Assembly (NCBI GenBank): GCA_021828195.1
Contig: JAKASQ010000001.1
Coordinates: 532,335 to 596,334 of the forward strand
Source of the DNA: Thermoplasmata archaeon
GTDB taxonomy: Archaea > Thermoplasmatota > Thermoplasmata > Lutacidiplasmatales > UBA184
DNA length: 64,000 bases
Reading direction: 5' to 3'
Shown here: positions 9,957-17,969 of the stretch, piece by piece
Numbering within the stretch: the stretch's first letter is position 1
Layout: each line of letters opens with the position of its first letter
Program-made: the position numbers and the translations under genes
Notes under the pieces: generated by a model
Seen by the model: the letters and a program-made list of their open reading frames with translations, nothing else
Told to the model about the DNA's origin: nothing
The model's database searches: none

Positions 9957-10162
9957 CCAACCTCAAAGACCAGTTGCGGGGTACGTCTCGAGCGCAGTCG
10001 AGATCGGCTGGAGCTTCGGGTGCGGTGCGCGCATCGGTCAAGCCGTGCAGAGAAACCCCGGGGGGTGAGCCATCGTTTCGGCCTCCGTTGGGACCGGTGC
10101 GCCGGACCTACCCTACCTCACGTGCGGGTGAGGGCATCTCGGCGAAAACGCTCTCGCGCAAT

Positions 10163-10170
10163 GCTAAATA
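10163..10170 (+). promoter_or_regulatory. TATA box of the leader/aro-trp operon
   Basis: GCTAAATA ends 23 nt before ATG 10194, the same spacing as TTTATA to ATG 33250 and within 1 nt of hisS and 25545. Confidence 0.6.
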
Positions 10171-10193
10171 CCGGGGCTTCAGTGGGGGACTTG

Positions 10194-10265
10194 ATGACCG
10201 GCCGGCGGAGCGGCGGAGAGCAAGCCGAGGCCCCGACGGGGACGGTCAGTACCTGGCTCTGGTGA
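10194..10265 (+). CDS. Putative Trp-sensing leader peptide MTGRRSGGEQAEAPTGTVSTWLW (23 aa)
   Basis: uORF ending TGG CTC TGG TGA, 99 nt upstream of the first gene of the aro-trp operon, at TATA-appropriate spacing. Confidence 0.65.
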   Translation: MTGRRSGGEQAEAPTGTVSTWLW

Positions 10266-10268
10266 CCG

Positions 10269-10301
10269 GGGAGCGCCCGGACGGCGCGTCCCACTTTTGT
10301 T
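10269..10301 (+). terminator. Terminator-like hairpin plus U-tract (candidate attenuator)
   Basis: GGGA-GCGCC-[CGGAC]-GGCGC-(G bulge)-TCCC followed by ACTTTTGTT, starting 3 nt after the leader stop. Confidence 0.55.
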
Positions 10302-10364
10302 GAACCCGAGAGTGGTTCGGCCTCCGGAGCTTCCCTCACCACACGAAACGTAGGAGGAGGAAGA

Positions 10365-11126
10365 ATGTACGGAAAAACGATCCGGCTGCGCAGGATATTC
10401 CCGAACGAACGCCGGCGCCTGTTCTCGGTCCCGCTCGACCACTCGGTCTCGATGGGGCCCATCGACGGGCTGGAGGATGCCCCGACGCTCGTGCGGGAGC
10501 TCCAGGACTCGGGAGTCGACATGATCGTCGTCACCAAGGGGGCCGTAGGATCGCTTGTACCGGTGCTCGCGCCCACCACCCTTCTCGGCATCCACGTCTC
10601 GGCGTCGACGAGCCTCGCGCCGAACTCGAACCTCAAGGTGCTCGTCGGGACCGCCGAAGAGGCGGCCGCGCTCGGAGCGGACCTCCTCTCGATCCAGGTA
10701 AATTTCGGGATCGCGGAGGAAGGCGAGATGTTGCGCTCCCTCGGGATTGCCGCCGATCAATGCCGCACGATCGGGCTGCCCTTGATGTGCATGACCTACG
10801 TCAAGAAGCCGAACGGAGGCACGCCGGAGGAGATCCGGCACGCCTGCCGCGCCGCGGCCGACACCGGCGCCGATATCGTCAAGACGGGGTACCCCGGCTC
10901 GCTCGAAGAGTACCGGCGCCTCGTCCGAACGACCCCGGTCCCCCTGCTCCTCGGGGGAGGGGCCCGACTTGACGAGGACTCGGAGTTCTTGCGCCTCGTC
11001 CACGAGACCGTGAGCGTCGGCGCCGCGGGGATCTGCGTCGGACGTAACCTCTTCCAGCGGAAGCCGGTCTCCGCCATGGCGCGACCGATCGCCGAGATCC
11101 TTCACGGTGCGGCCTTGATCCCATGA
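10365..11126 (+). CDS. aroA': 2-amino-3,7-dideoxy-D-threo-hept-6-ulosonate synthase (class I aldolase)
   Basis: MYGKTIRLRRI, VPLDHS..GPIDGL, GADIVKT.Y, VGRNLFQ; adjacent to aroB'; strong SD GGAGGAGG. Confidence 0.88.
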   Translation: MYGKTIRLRRIFPNERRRLFSVPLDHSVSMGPIDGLEDAPTLVRELQDSGVDMIVVTKGAVGSLVPVLAPTTLLGIHVSASTSLAPNSNLKVLVGTAEEAAALGADLLSIQVNFGIAEEGEMLRSLGIAADQCRTIGLPLMCMTYVKKPNGGTPEEIRHACRAAADTGADIVKTGYPGSLEEYRRLVRTTPVPLLLGGGARLDEDSEFLRLVHETVSVGAAGICVGRNLFQRKPVSAMARPIAEILHGAALIP

Positions 11127-12154
11127 CGATGGACCGGCTCGTCCTCTGCCCGACGGCGACCGAGGCCGCGGAGATCCGTGCACTCCTCGCGCGGGCCGAG
11201 CGACGGGGATTCCAGCGCTTCCTCGTTCCGGCGACGAGCGTCGCGGAGGAGTCGACCACCGGTCGGCAACTGTACTCGTGGGTCGGCGACCGGATCGTCG
11301 GGCCCGCTCCCAGCCGGGAAGAGATCCCCGTCGTCTCGGTCTCGGCGCCTGCGGATATGGACTCCGTGATCGACCGCCTGCGCCTCGGGCACCGCGTCGC
11401 GGTGCGCTGGGGCCAGGAGCGCGTCATTCCTCTAGAGAACCTCGTCGCCGCTCGTTCCCGACCGGGCACCTTGTGGGTCGTGACCCAGAGGATCGAAGAG
11501 ATTCCCGGATTCTTGGGGGCGCTCGAACATGGGGCGGACACCATCGTCATCGAGCTTGGCTCGCCCGATGCCATCGATGCACTCGAAGCGGTACTCGAGA
11601 GCCGGGCGATCCCGCTGACTCTCGAGCGCGTCCCCATCCGTAGGATCGTTCCCGTAGGAGGAGGCGATCGGGTGATCGTCGATACGACCTCGCTCCTTCG
11701 ACCCGAGGAGGGGCTCCTGGTGGGGAGCTCAGCCGCCTTCCTGCTCCACGTCGCCAGCGAGGCGATCGGGTCCCGGTACACCCGACCGCGGCCCTTCCGC
11801 GTCAATGCCGGCGCGGCCCATTCCTACACCTTGCTCGCCAACGGCGAGACCCGGTACCTCAGCGAGCTCGTCGCAGGAGATGCGGTGCTCGTCGCGAGCC
11901 CGGATGGCTCGTCGCGCTCGGCCCGCGTCGGCCGCATCAAGATCGAGCGCCGTCCGCTCGTGCTCATCGAGATCGAGCGCGGCGGCCGCCGGTTCACGGT
12001 CTTCCTCCAAGAGGCAGAGACCGTCCGACTGACCACGCCCGATGGGCGGATCGCAACGACCGACCTTCACGCGGGAAGCGAGGTGTTGGGAGTCTCGCTC
12101 GTCGCGGGCCGTCATCTCGGCGTGGCGGTCGCGGAAACGATCGAGGAACGATGA
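11123..12154 (+). CDS. aroB': 3-dehydroquinate synthase II
   Basis: IPLENLVA, GDRVIVDT, GLLVGS, RPFRVNAGA.HSY, VGRIKIERRPL, LQEAETVRL, GRHLG. Confidence 0.93.
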   Translation: MTMDRLVLCPTATEAAEIRALLARAERRGFQRFLVPATSVAEESTTGRQLYSWVGDRIVGPAPSREEIPVVSVSAPADMDSVIDRLRLGHRVAVRWGQERVIPLENLVAARSRPGTLWVVTQRIEEIPGFLGALEHGADTIVIELGSPDAIDALEAVLESRAIPLTLERVPIRRIVPVGGGDRVIVDTTSLLRPEEGLLVGSSAAFLLHVASEAIGSRYTRPRPFRVNAGAAHSYTLLANGETRYLSELVAGDAVLVASPDGSSRSARVGRIKIERRPLVLIEIERGGRRFTVFLQEAETVRLTTPDGRIATTDLHAGSEVLGVSLVAGRHLGVAVAETIEER

Positions 12155-13665
12155 CGCAGCACCGTCCGCTCGTGATCGTGACGGTCCCCTCCCGCACGCC
12201 GGAGGCGACGCGCGCGGAGATGGCCGAGCTCCTCCCGCAGGGCGCGGATGCGGTGGAGATCCGCTTCGATCGCTGGGCCCGCGAGGACCTTCCCCGCGCG
12301 GCCGAGTTGTTCCCGAGTCCTCTCCCGATGCTCGCCACGTACCGCTCCACCGCGGAGGGAGGGACAGGGCTCGATGATCTTCGCGATCGGACCGACATCC
12401 TGACCGCGCTCGCCGATCTGCCGTTCACCTACCTCGATCTCGAGCTACGACGCGATCGCGCCTTGATCTCGAGCGTTGGGACCCGGGCGCACGGCCCGAC
12501 CCTGATCCTCTCCTGCCATCTCCGGGTGAACGACACCGCGGAGAAGATCGCCGAGCTCCTCTCGGGCCACCAGCCTCGCGGTGCGATCGCCAAGGTCGTG
12601 CTGCCCTGCGGCGTGGGCCGATTCTACCGAGAGGTACGTCCCCTGCTCCACCTGGGAGGGAGCCCGCGCCCGGAGATCGTCCTTACGACCGGCGCTTCGG
12701 GATCTCTCGTGCGAGCCCTCGCCCCTCGCTTCGGGCTCGCCGCGGTGTTCGCGGCGCCTCCGGCTCGGGGGCTCAGGGCCCGGGGAGAGACCGCGGTGGA
12801 GCCGTCCCAACTCCCCGTGGACCGACTTCGACGTTTCTACGATGCCGGCGAGCTCGGCCGGCTCTTCGCAGTGACCGGTCACCCGATCGACCACTCGCGG
12901 TCGCCCGATGTCCACACCCTGTGGATGGCGGAGGAAGGGAGACCCGGCCTCTATCTCGCGCTCGACATCGAATCGGAGGAGGAGCTTGCCCGTGTGCTCC
13001 GTCCACTGGGCGAGGACGGGCTTCGGGGGATGAACGTCACCCACCCGTGGAAGGACGCGGCGCTGCGTCTTGCCGACCGATGCGGGCGTGCCGCCGAGCA
13101 GGCCGGCTGCGCGAACGCCCTCGTGTGCACCGGTCGGGTCTGGCGTGCGGAGAACTTCGATGTGAGCGCCATGATCCGTCGCCTCAGGGAACTTCGGGAA
13201 TCCGGCGCCTGGACTGACGACCGGCTCCTCGTGATCGGGACGGGAGGTGCGGCCCGTGCCACCCTCGTCGCCGCCTCCGAGCTCCATGCCAGCGCGGAGA
13301 TCCTCGGGCGATCGGTCGGCCACGTCGCCCGCGTCGCACGGGAGTTCGGCACGGAGGTATTCCGGCCGTCGTCGGCTCCTGCGTCGCTCATCGTCCATGC
13401 GACGCCTGCCGGCCGCTCGGACGTTCCTGCGCTCGACATCCCCTGGCCGGGACGATGCGGACCGGGCACGTACGTCCTCGATTTTGTCTACCGGCCGGAT
13501 CGGCCCTTCCTGAGGGACATGACAATCCAGGGCGGGGGGGCGTACGAAGACGGCGGCCGGCTCCTCGTCTATCAGGCGGCCGAGAGCTTCGGAGCCTTCT
13601 GGGGCACGTGCCCCTCGTTCGCGCTCGAGCAGAAGGCCCTTCAGGAGGTTCTGTGCGCGGCGTAG
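12151..13665 (+). CDS. aroDE: Fused type I dehydroquinate dehydratase / shikimate dehydrogenase
   Basis: N-half EIRFD, TYRSTAEGG, DLEL; C-half GHPIDHSRSP.VH, NVTHPWK, IGTGGAAR, DFVY, LVYQA. Confidence 0.88.
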   Translation: MTQHRPLVIVTVPSRTPEATRAEMAELLPQGADAVEIRFDRWAREDLPRAAELFPSPLPMLATYRSTAEGGTGLDDLRDRTDILTALADLPFTYLDLELRRDRALISSVGTRAHGPTLILSCHLRVNDTAEKIAELLSGHQPRGAIAKVVLPCGVGRFYREVRPLLHLGGSPRPEIVLTTGASGSLVRALAPRFGLAAVFAAPPARGLRARGETAVEPSQLPVDRLRRFYDAGELGRLFAVTGHPIDHSRSPDVHTLWMAEEGRPGLYLALDIESEEELARVLRPLGEDGLRGMNVTHPWKDAALRLADRCGRAAEQAGCANALVCTGRVWRAENFDVSAMIRRLRELRESGAWTDDRLLVIGTGGAARATLVAASELHASAEILGRSVGHVARVAREFGTEVFRPSSAPASLIVHATPAGRSDVPALDIPWPGRCGPGTYVLDFVYRPDRPFLRDMTIQGGGAYEDGGRLLVYQAAESFGAFWGTCPSFALEQKALQEVLCAA

Positions 13666-14534
13666 CCGCAGCGTCGGGAGCGATCACGTTCGTCAACGCC
13701 CTGGCCGCCGGTATCGGTGCCGCCGCGGCCGTCACGCTGGGCGTGGAGGCGGAGGTCGATCTCAATCTCGAGCGGCGTCACGGATCCGGCGCCATCACGA
13801 TCGCGCCCCCCAGCGATACTCCGCTCGTGCGCGGCGCCGTCGAGGCCGGCCTCGAGCGGTTCGCTCCCGGGGATGCCCCATCGGTCCAGGTCCGAATCCG
13901 CTCTTCGATCCCGTCCGCGTGCGGATTGAAGAGTTCCTCCGCCGTGAGCGGTGCGGTCCTCGCGGCCGTGGCTCGGGCCGTCGGCGTGGACGCCGATGCC
14001 GCGACCCTCGCACGGATGTCGGCGGACCTCTCTCAGAGGATCGGCCTAAGCGCGACGGGAGCGTTCGATGACGCGTTCGCGGCGCTCGCCGGAGGTGCGG
14101 TCATCACGGACAACGCGGCGCGCGCCGTGCTCTGGTCCGGGGAGGCTCCCGGGGGGCTCACCGTTCTCCTCTGGATACCTACCGCGCGCCATCGCCCGTC
14201 CACGGAATGGCACGATCGGTTCCGCACGCGTGCGGCGGAGGCTCGGCCGGCGATCGACGCGGCGCTCCGAGGAGATCTGTTGGGAGCCATGGAACGCAAC
14301 ACCGAGCTCGTCGAATCCATACTCGGCTACGACTACGGCCAGATTCGTCGGCAGCTCGCCGAGCGCGGCGCCACCGCAAGCGGAGTGAGTGGGCTTGGCC
14401 CGGCCCTTGCAATCCTGGCACCGCCCGAGCGTGAGGATGCGGTGCGGAACACCCTCGCTTCCCGGGGTGGGGAGGTACGTGCGGCCAACTTTCGACCGCG
14501 CAATCGCATCGAGCCGATCGAGGGGGCCGCATGA
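13653..14534 (+). CDS. aroK: Archaeal shikimate kinase (GHMP family)
   Basis: GAITFVNAL, SSIPSACGLKSSSA, SATGAFDDA, VSGLGP; GTG start after GGAGG. Confidence 0.9.
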   Translation: MRGVAAASGAITFVNALAAGIGAAAAVTLGVEAEVDLNLERRHGSGAITIAPPSDTPLVRGAVEAGLERFAPGDAPSVQVRIRSSIPSACGLKSSSAVSGAVLAAVARAVGVDADAATLARMSADLSQRIGLSATGAFDDAFAALAGGAVITDNAARAVLWSGEAPGGLTVLLWIPTARHRPSTEWHDRFRTRAAEARPAIDAALRGDLLGAMERNTELVESILGYDYGQIRRQLAERGATASGVSGLGPALAILAPPEREDAVRNTLASRGGEVRAANFRPRNRIEPIEGAA

Positions 14535-15808
14535 TCCGCACGGTGAACCCCGGCGTCGCGCGAGGGCGGCTTACCCCGCCCCCCTCCAAGAGCTACACTC
14601 ACCGTGCCTTGGTCGCGGCCCACCTCTCCGGTCGTTCAGCCTCCGTCCTTCGGCCGCTGGATTCGGACGACACCCGCGCCACCGCCCGTGGCCTCGCTGC
14701 GCTCGGCTCGCGTGTGCGATTCGCCGCGGACCGGTGGCAGATCCAGCCCGCGCCGGTGCCGACCGACCGCCTTCGGACGATCGATTGCGGCGAGTCGGGA
14801 ACGACGCTCAGGTTCTTGACGGTGCTCGCAGCCCTCTCCGACCGACCGATCCGGATCACCGGACGAGGGCGCCTCCCCGCTCGACCGATGTCGGACTTGT
14901 ACGACGCATTGCGCACGCTCGGAGCGCGAATCTCTCCCGAACACCAGGACCGGGCCCTTCCGTGCACGATCCGCGGACCTATCCTTGCCGGCCGCATCGA
15001 CGTGCGGTCCGACGAGACCTCGCAGTATCTCTCTGCCCTACTGATGGCCCTTCCGCGCGTCGAGGGTCGATCGGAGATCCGACTGCAAGGGCCTTTGGTC
15101 TCACGAACGTACGTCCAGGCGACCTGCGCGGTCCTGAACGCCTATGGGGTCCGGATCGTTGTGCGGCCGCGAGGCTACCGCGTCGACGGGCCGCAGACGT
15201 TCCGGGTCGCCCCCTTCACCGTACCCCGCGACGCCTCGTCGGCCGCGTACTTTTGGGCGGCCGCTGCCCTCACGGGCGGGGGTGTTACGGTGACGGGGCT
15301 CGATCGACGATGGCCGCAGGCCGACCTTGCGCTACTCGATATCCTGCGCCGGATGGGCGCATCGGTCCGCAGCCGTCGACTCGCGACCGAAGTGGCCGGC
15401 CCGGTCCGCCGAGGGATCTCGGTCGATCTAACGAACTCGCCGGATCTGTACCCGCTCGTGGGAATCCTCGCTGCAGGAGTCCCGGGCCGCCGGAGCCGTC
15501 TTCGGGGAGCGACCCACGTCCGGCTGAAGGAGTCCGATCGGTTCGCCGAGACCGCGCGCATCGTGCGCGCGATGGGTGCGCACGTCGATACCACGGGAGG
15601 AGAGCTGAGCATCCTAGGCACGGGCGCTCCCCGGCCGCTCTCCCTTTTGAATCTCAACGACCATCGCCTCATCATGAGCGCGGCGGTGAGCGCTCTCTCC
15701 GCTCGTTCGCCCTCCCGCCTGGGGGACGGGCGGGCGGTTCGAAAGTCGTTCCCCGGATTCTGGGAGGCCCTGTCCCGTCTGGTGCGCGAGCGGGGGACCG
15801 CATCATGA
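14531..15808 (+). CDS. aroA: EPSP synthase
   Basis: PPSKSYTHRA, CGESGTTLRF, SQYLSALL, DASSA, RLKESDR, DHRL, KSFP.FW. Confidence 0.95.
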   Translation: MIRTVNPGVARGRLTPPPSKSYTHRALVAAHLSGRSASVLRPLDSDDTRATARGLAALGSRVRFAADRWQIQPAPVPTDRLRTIDCGESGTTLRFLTVLAALSDRPIRITGRGRLPARPMSDLYDALRTLGARISPEHQDRALPCTIRGPILAGRIDVRSDETSQYLSALLMALPRVEGRSEIRLQGPLVSRTYVQATCAVLNAYGVRIVVRPRGYRVDGPQTFRVAPFTVPRDASSAAYFWAAAALTGGGVTVTGLDRRWPQADLALLDILRRMGASVRSRRLATEVAGPVRRGISVDLTNSPDLYPLVGILAAGVPGRRSRLRGATHVRLKESDRFAETARIVRAMGAHVDTTGGELSILGTGAPRPLSLLNLNDHRLIMSAAVSALSARSPSRLGDGRAVRKSFPGFWEALSRLVRERGTAS

Positions 15809-16890
15809 TGGAGTTCGGGGAGCGCTACCGGGTCGCCCTGTTCGGGACCAGCCATGGCCCCGAGGTCGGAGTCGAGATCCATGGGATCCCGCCCGGGCGC
15901 GATATTGACCTAGACGCGATCCAGCACGAGCTCGACCGGCGGCGGCCGGTCGGCCGACGCCTCGCCACGAAGCGCCAAGAAGAGGACCGGATGGTCATCG
16001 ACCGAGGAATGGTGGACGGCCGGACCGACGGGGGAGTGTTCCGGGCCCACGTCGCGAACGAGGACGTCCAGCGCGCGGCGTACGACCGGATGCGGGATCT
16101 GCCTCGCCCCGGTCATGCGGACTACCCGGCGCGGGTCCGGTACGGGCCCGAGGCGGACCTCTCCGGTGGGGGCATCTTCTCCGGCCGTATGACGGTCGGG
16201 CTCGTGATCGCCGGGGCGCTGGCCCGGCAGCTTCTCGCCCCGATCGGCGTGGATCTGATCGGGTTCACGCGGAGCGTCGGCGCGGTCGACGCCTCGATCG
16301 ATCCTTCCCTGTCGCTCGGGGAGATCCGCGGACGGGCGAGCGCCAACGAGGTGGCCTGTCCGGACTTCCCCGCGGCCCTTCGGATGGAGGAGGAGATCGC
16401 CACCGCCCGACGGTCTGGGGACAGCGTCGGGGGCGTTGTCGAGGTGCGCATCCAGGGTGTGCCGGTCGGCCTCGGCGAGCCATTCTTCGACTCGATCGAG
16501 GGCGAGATCGCGCACGCGGCCTTCGCCATTCCCGCGGTCAAGGCGATCGAGTTCGGTGCGGGATTCCGGGCGGCGCGCATGCGAGGAAGCGAGCACAACG
16601 ACCCGTTCTGCTACGAGGACGGCCGGATCCGAACGACCTCGAACCACGCCGGCGGGATCTTGGGTGGCCTCGCCAACGGAATGCCGATCGTCTACCGCGT
16701 GGCCGTCAAGCCGACGTCCTCCATCGCGCGCCCGCAACAGACCGTCAACCTCGCCACCCACGAGCCCGCCGAGCTCATCGTCACCGGACGCCACGATCCG
16801 TGCATCGTTCCGCGTGCCGTCGTCGTGGTCGAGAGCGTGGGTGCGATGGTCCTCGCCGATCTCGCCTATCGCGGAGGGTTCCTTTCGTGA
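15805..16890 (+). CDS. aroC: Chorismate synthase
   Basis: FGTSHG, PRPGHADY, GGGIFSGR.T, GDSVGG, NHAGGILGG, KPTSSI, GRHDPCIVPRA. Confidence 0.95.
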   Translation: MMEFGERYRVALFGTSHGPEVGVEIHGIPPGRDIDLDAIQHELDRRRPVGRRLATKRQEEDRMVIDRGMVDGRTDGGVFRAHVANEDVQRAAYDRMRDLPRPGHADYPARVRYGPEADLSGGGIFSGRMTVGLVIAGALARQLLAPIGVDLIGFTRSVGAVDASIDPSLSLGEIRGRASANEVACPDFPAALRMEEEIATARRSGDSVGGVVEVRIQGVPVGLGEPFFDSIEGEIAHAAFAIPAVKAIEFGAGFRAARMRGSEHNDPFCYEDGRIRTTSNHAGGILGGLANGMPIVYRVAVKPTSSIARPQQTVNLATHEPAELIVTGRHDPCIVPRAVVVVESVGAMVLADLAYRGGFLS

Positions 16891-17969
16891 GCGAAGACTC
16901 GCAGATCCCCAGCGCCATCCTGGGCGCGAGCGGGTACATCGGTCAGCACTTCGCTCGCCTGCTCGGCGATCACCCATTCTTCGCGGCCCCAATCCTCGTG
17001 GGGTCGGACCGCTCCGCGGGTCGGCGGCTCGAGGAGCTCTGGCAGCTCCCCGAAGAGGTCCCCGACGCGCTCGCCCGGCAACGGCTCCGGCCCCTCACTC
17101 CTCGCGAGCTGCGCGCGCGCGGAGTGCGGGTGGTGTTCGGTGCCCTTCCCTCCGGCACCGCCGGGGTTCTGGAATCCGAGTGCCGCCGGCGCGGCCTCCA
17201 CGTCTTCAGCAATTCCTCCGACCATCGCATGGACCCCGATGTTCCCCTTCTCATCCCGGAGGTGAATGCGGCCCATCTTCGGGCGCTCACCGCGCGGCGG
17301 CGCCCCGGTGGGATTCTCGTGACGAACCCGAACTGCACAGCGGCCGGGCTGGTGCTCGGACTCGCCCCCATCTGGAAGCTGCTCGCTCCCCGAGAGGTCC
17401 ACCTTGCGAGCTACCAAGCCCTGTCGGGGGCTGGCCTTCCGGGCGTCGCGTCGCTCTCGATCACCGACAACGTCGTGCCGTTCATACGAGAGGAGGAGGA
17501 GAAGGTCGCCGAGGAGACCCGGCGCATGCTGGGAACCGCTCACCACGGTCGGATCCATCCCCGGTCCGAACCGGTGCTCGCCCACTGCGCCCGCGTGGGG
17601 GTTCGGGACGGTCACCTCGAAGCGATCACCGTCGTCGCCCGCCGGCGCCCGAGCCGGTCCGAGATCCTGGATGCGTGGCGCCAGTTCGACCCGCTCGCGG
17701 GCGCACCTCTTCCCACGCTCCCCCACCCCCCGATCGTGCTGCGGGGCGAGCCCGACCGGCCCCAGCCCGTTCGCGACCGCTGGGCCGGGAACCCGCGTCG
17801 CGCTCGAGGGATGGCGGTCTCCATCGGCCGGGTGCGGTGGGAAGCGCCGTACCTCCGGTTCTACTTGCTCGTCCACAATGCGGTTCGAGGAGGGGCGGGC
17901 GGTTCGGTCTCGAATGCGGAGCTCGCGCACTCCTACGACCTCCTCGTCCCCTCGCGGAGGTCCCCGTGA
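16887..17969 (+). CDS. asd: Aspartate-semialdehyde dehydrogenase (archaeal type)
   Basis: ILGASGYIGQ, SNSSDHRM, PLLIPEVN, TNPNCT, QALSGAG, HNAVRGGAG. Confidence 0.93.
   Translation: MSEDSQIPSAILGASGYIGQHFARLLGDHPFFAAPILVGSDRSAGRRLEELWQLPEEVPDALARQRLRPLTPRELRARGVRVVFGALPSGTAGVLESECRRRGLHVFSNSSDHRMDPDVPLLIPEVNAAHLRALTARRRPGGILVTNPNCTAAGLVLGLAPIWKLLAPREVHLASYQALSGAGLPGVASLSITDNVVPFIREEEEKVAEETRRMLGTAHHGRIHPRSEPVLAHCARVGVRDGHLEAITVVARRRPSRSEILDAWRQFDPLAGAPLPTLPHPPIVLRGEPDRPQPVRDRWAGNPRRARGMAVSIGRVRWEAPYLRFYLLVHNAVRGGAGGSVSNAELAHSYDLLVPSRRSP

Noticed and set aside
10160-10176. 10-nt identity (TAAATACCGG) between the TnpB guide and the aro-trp promoter
   Set aside because: No adjacent TTGAC TAM, and the TAM-proximal seed is mismatched; both sequences simply contain TATA boxes.
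10020-10193. Longer starts for the leader ORF (10020 and ATG 10161)
   Set aside because: They lie upstream of or inside the predicted TATA box; 10194 (or TTG 10191) fits the local promoter spacing.
10300-10325. AGAGTGGTTCGG resembling a T-box antiterminator upstream of the trp operon
   Set aside because: It lacks the UGGN-ACC bulge and any recognisable Stem I or specifier loop; the Trp-codon uORF explains the leader better.
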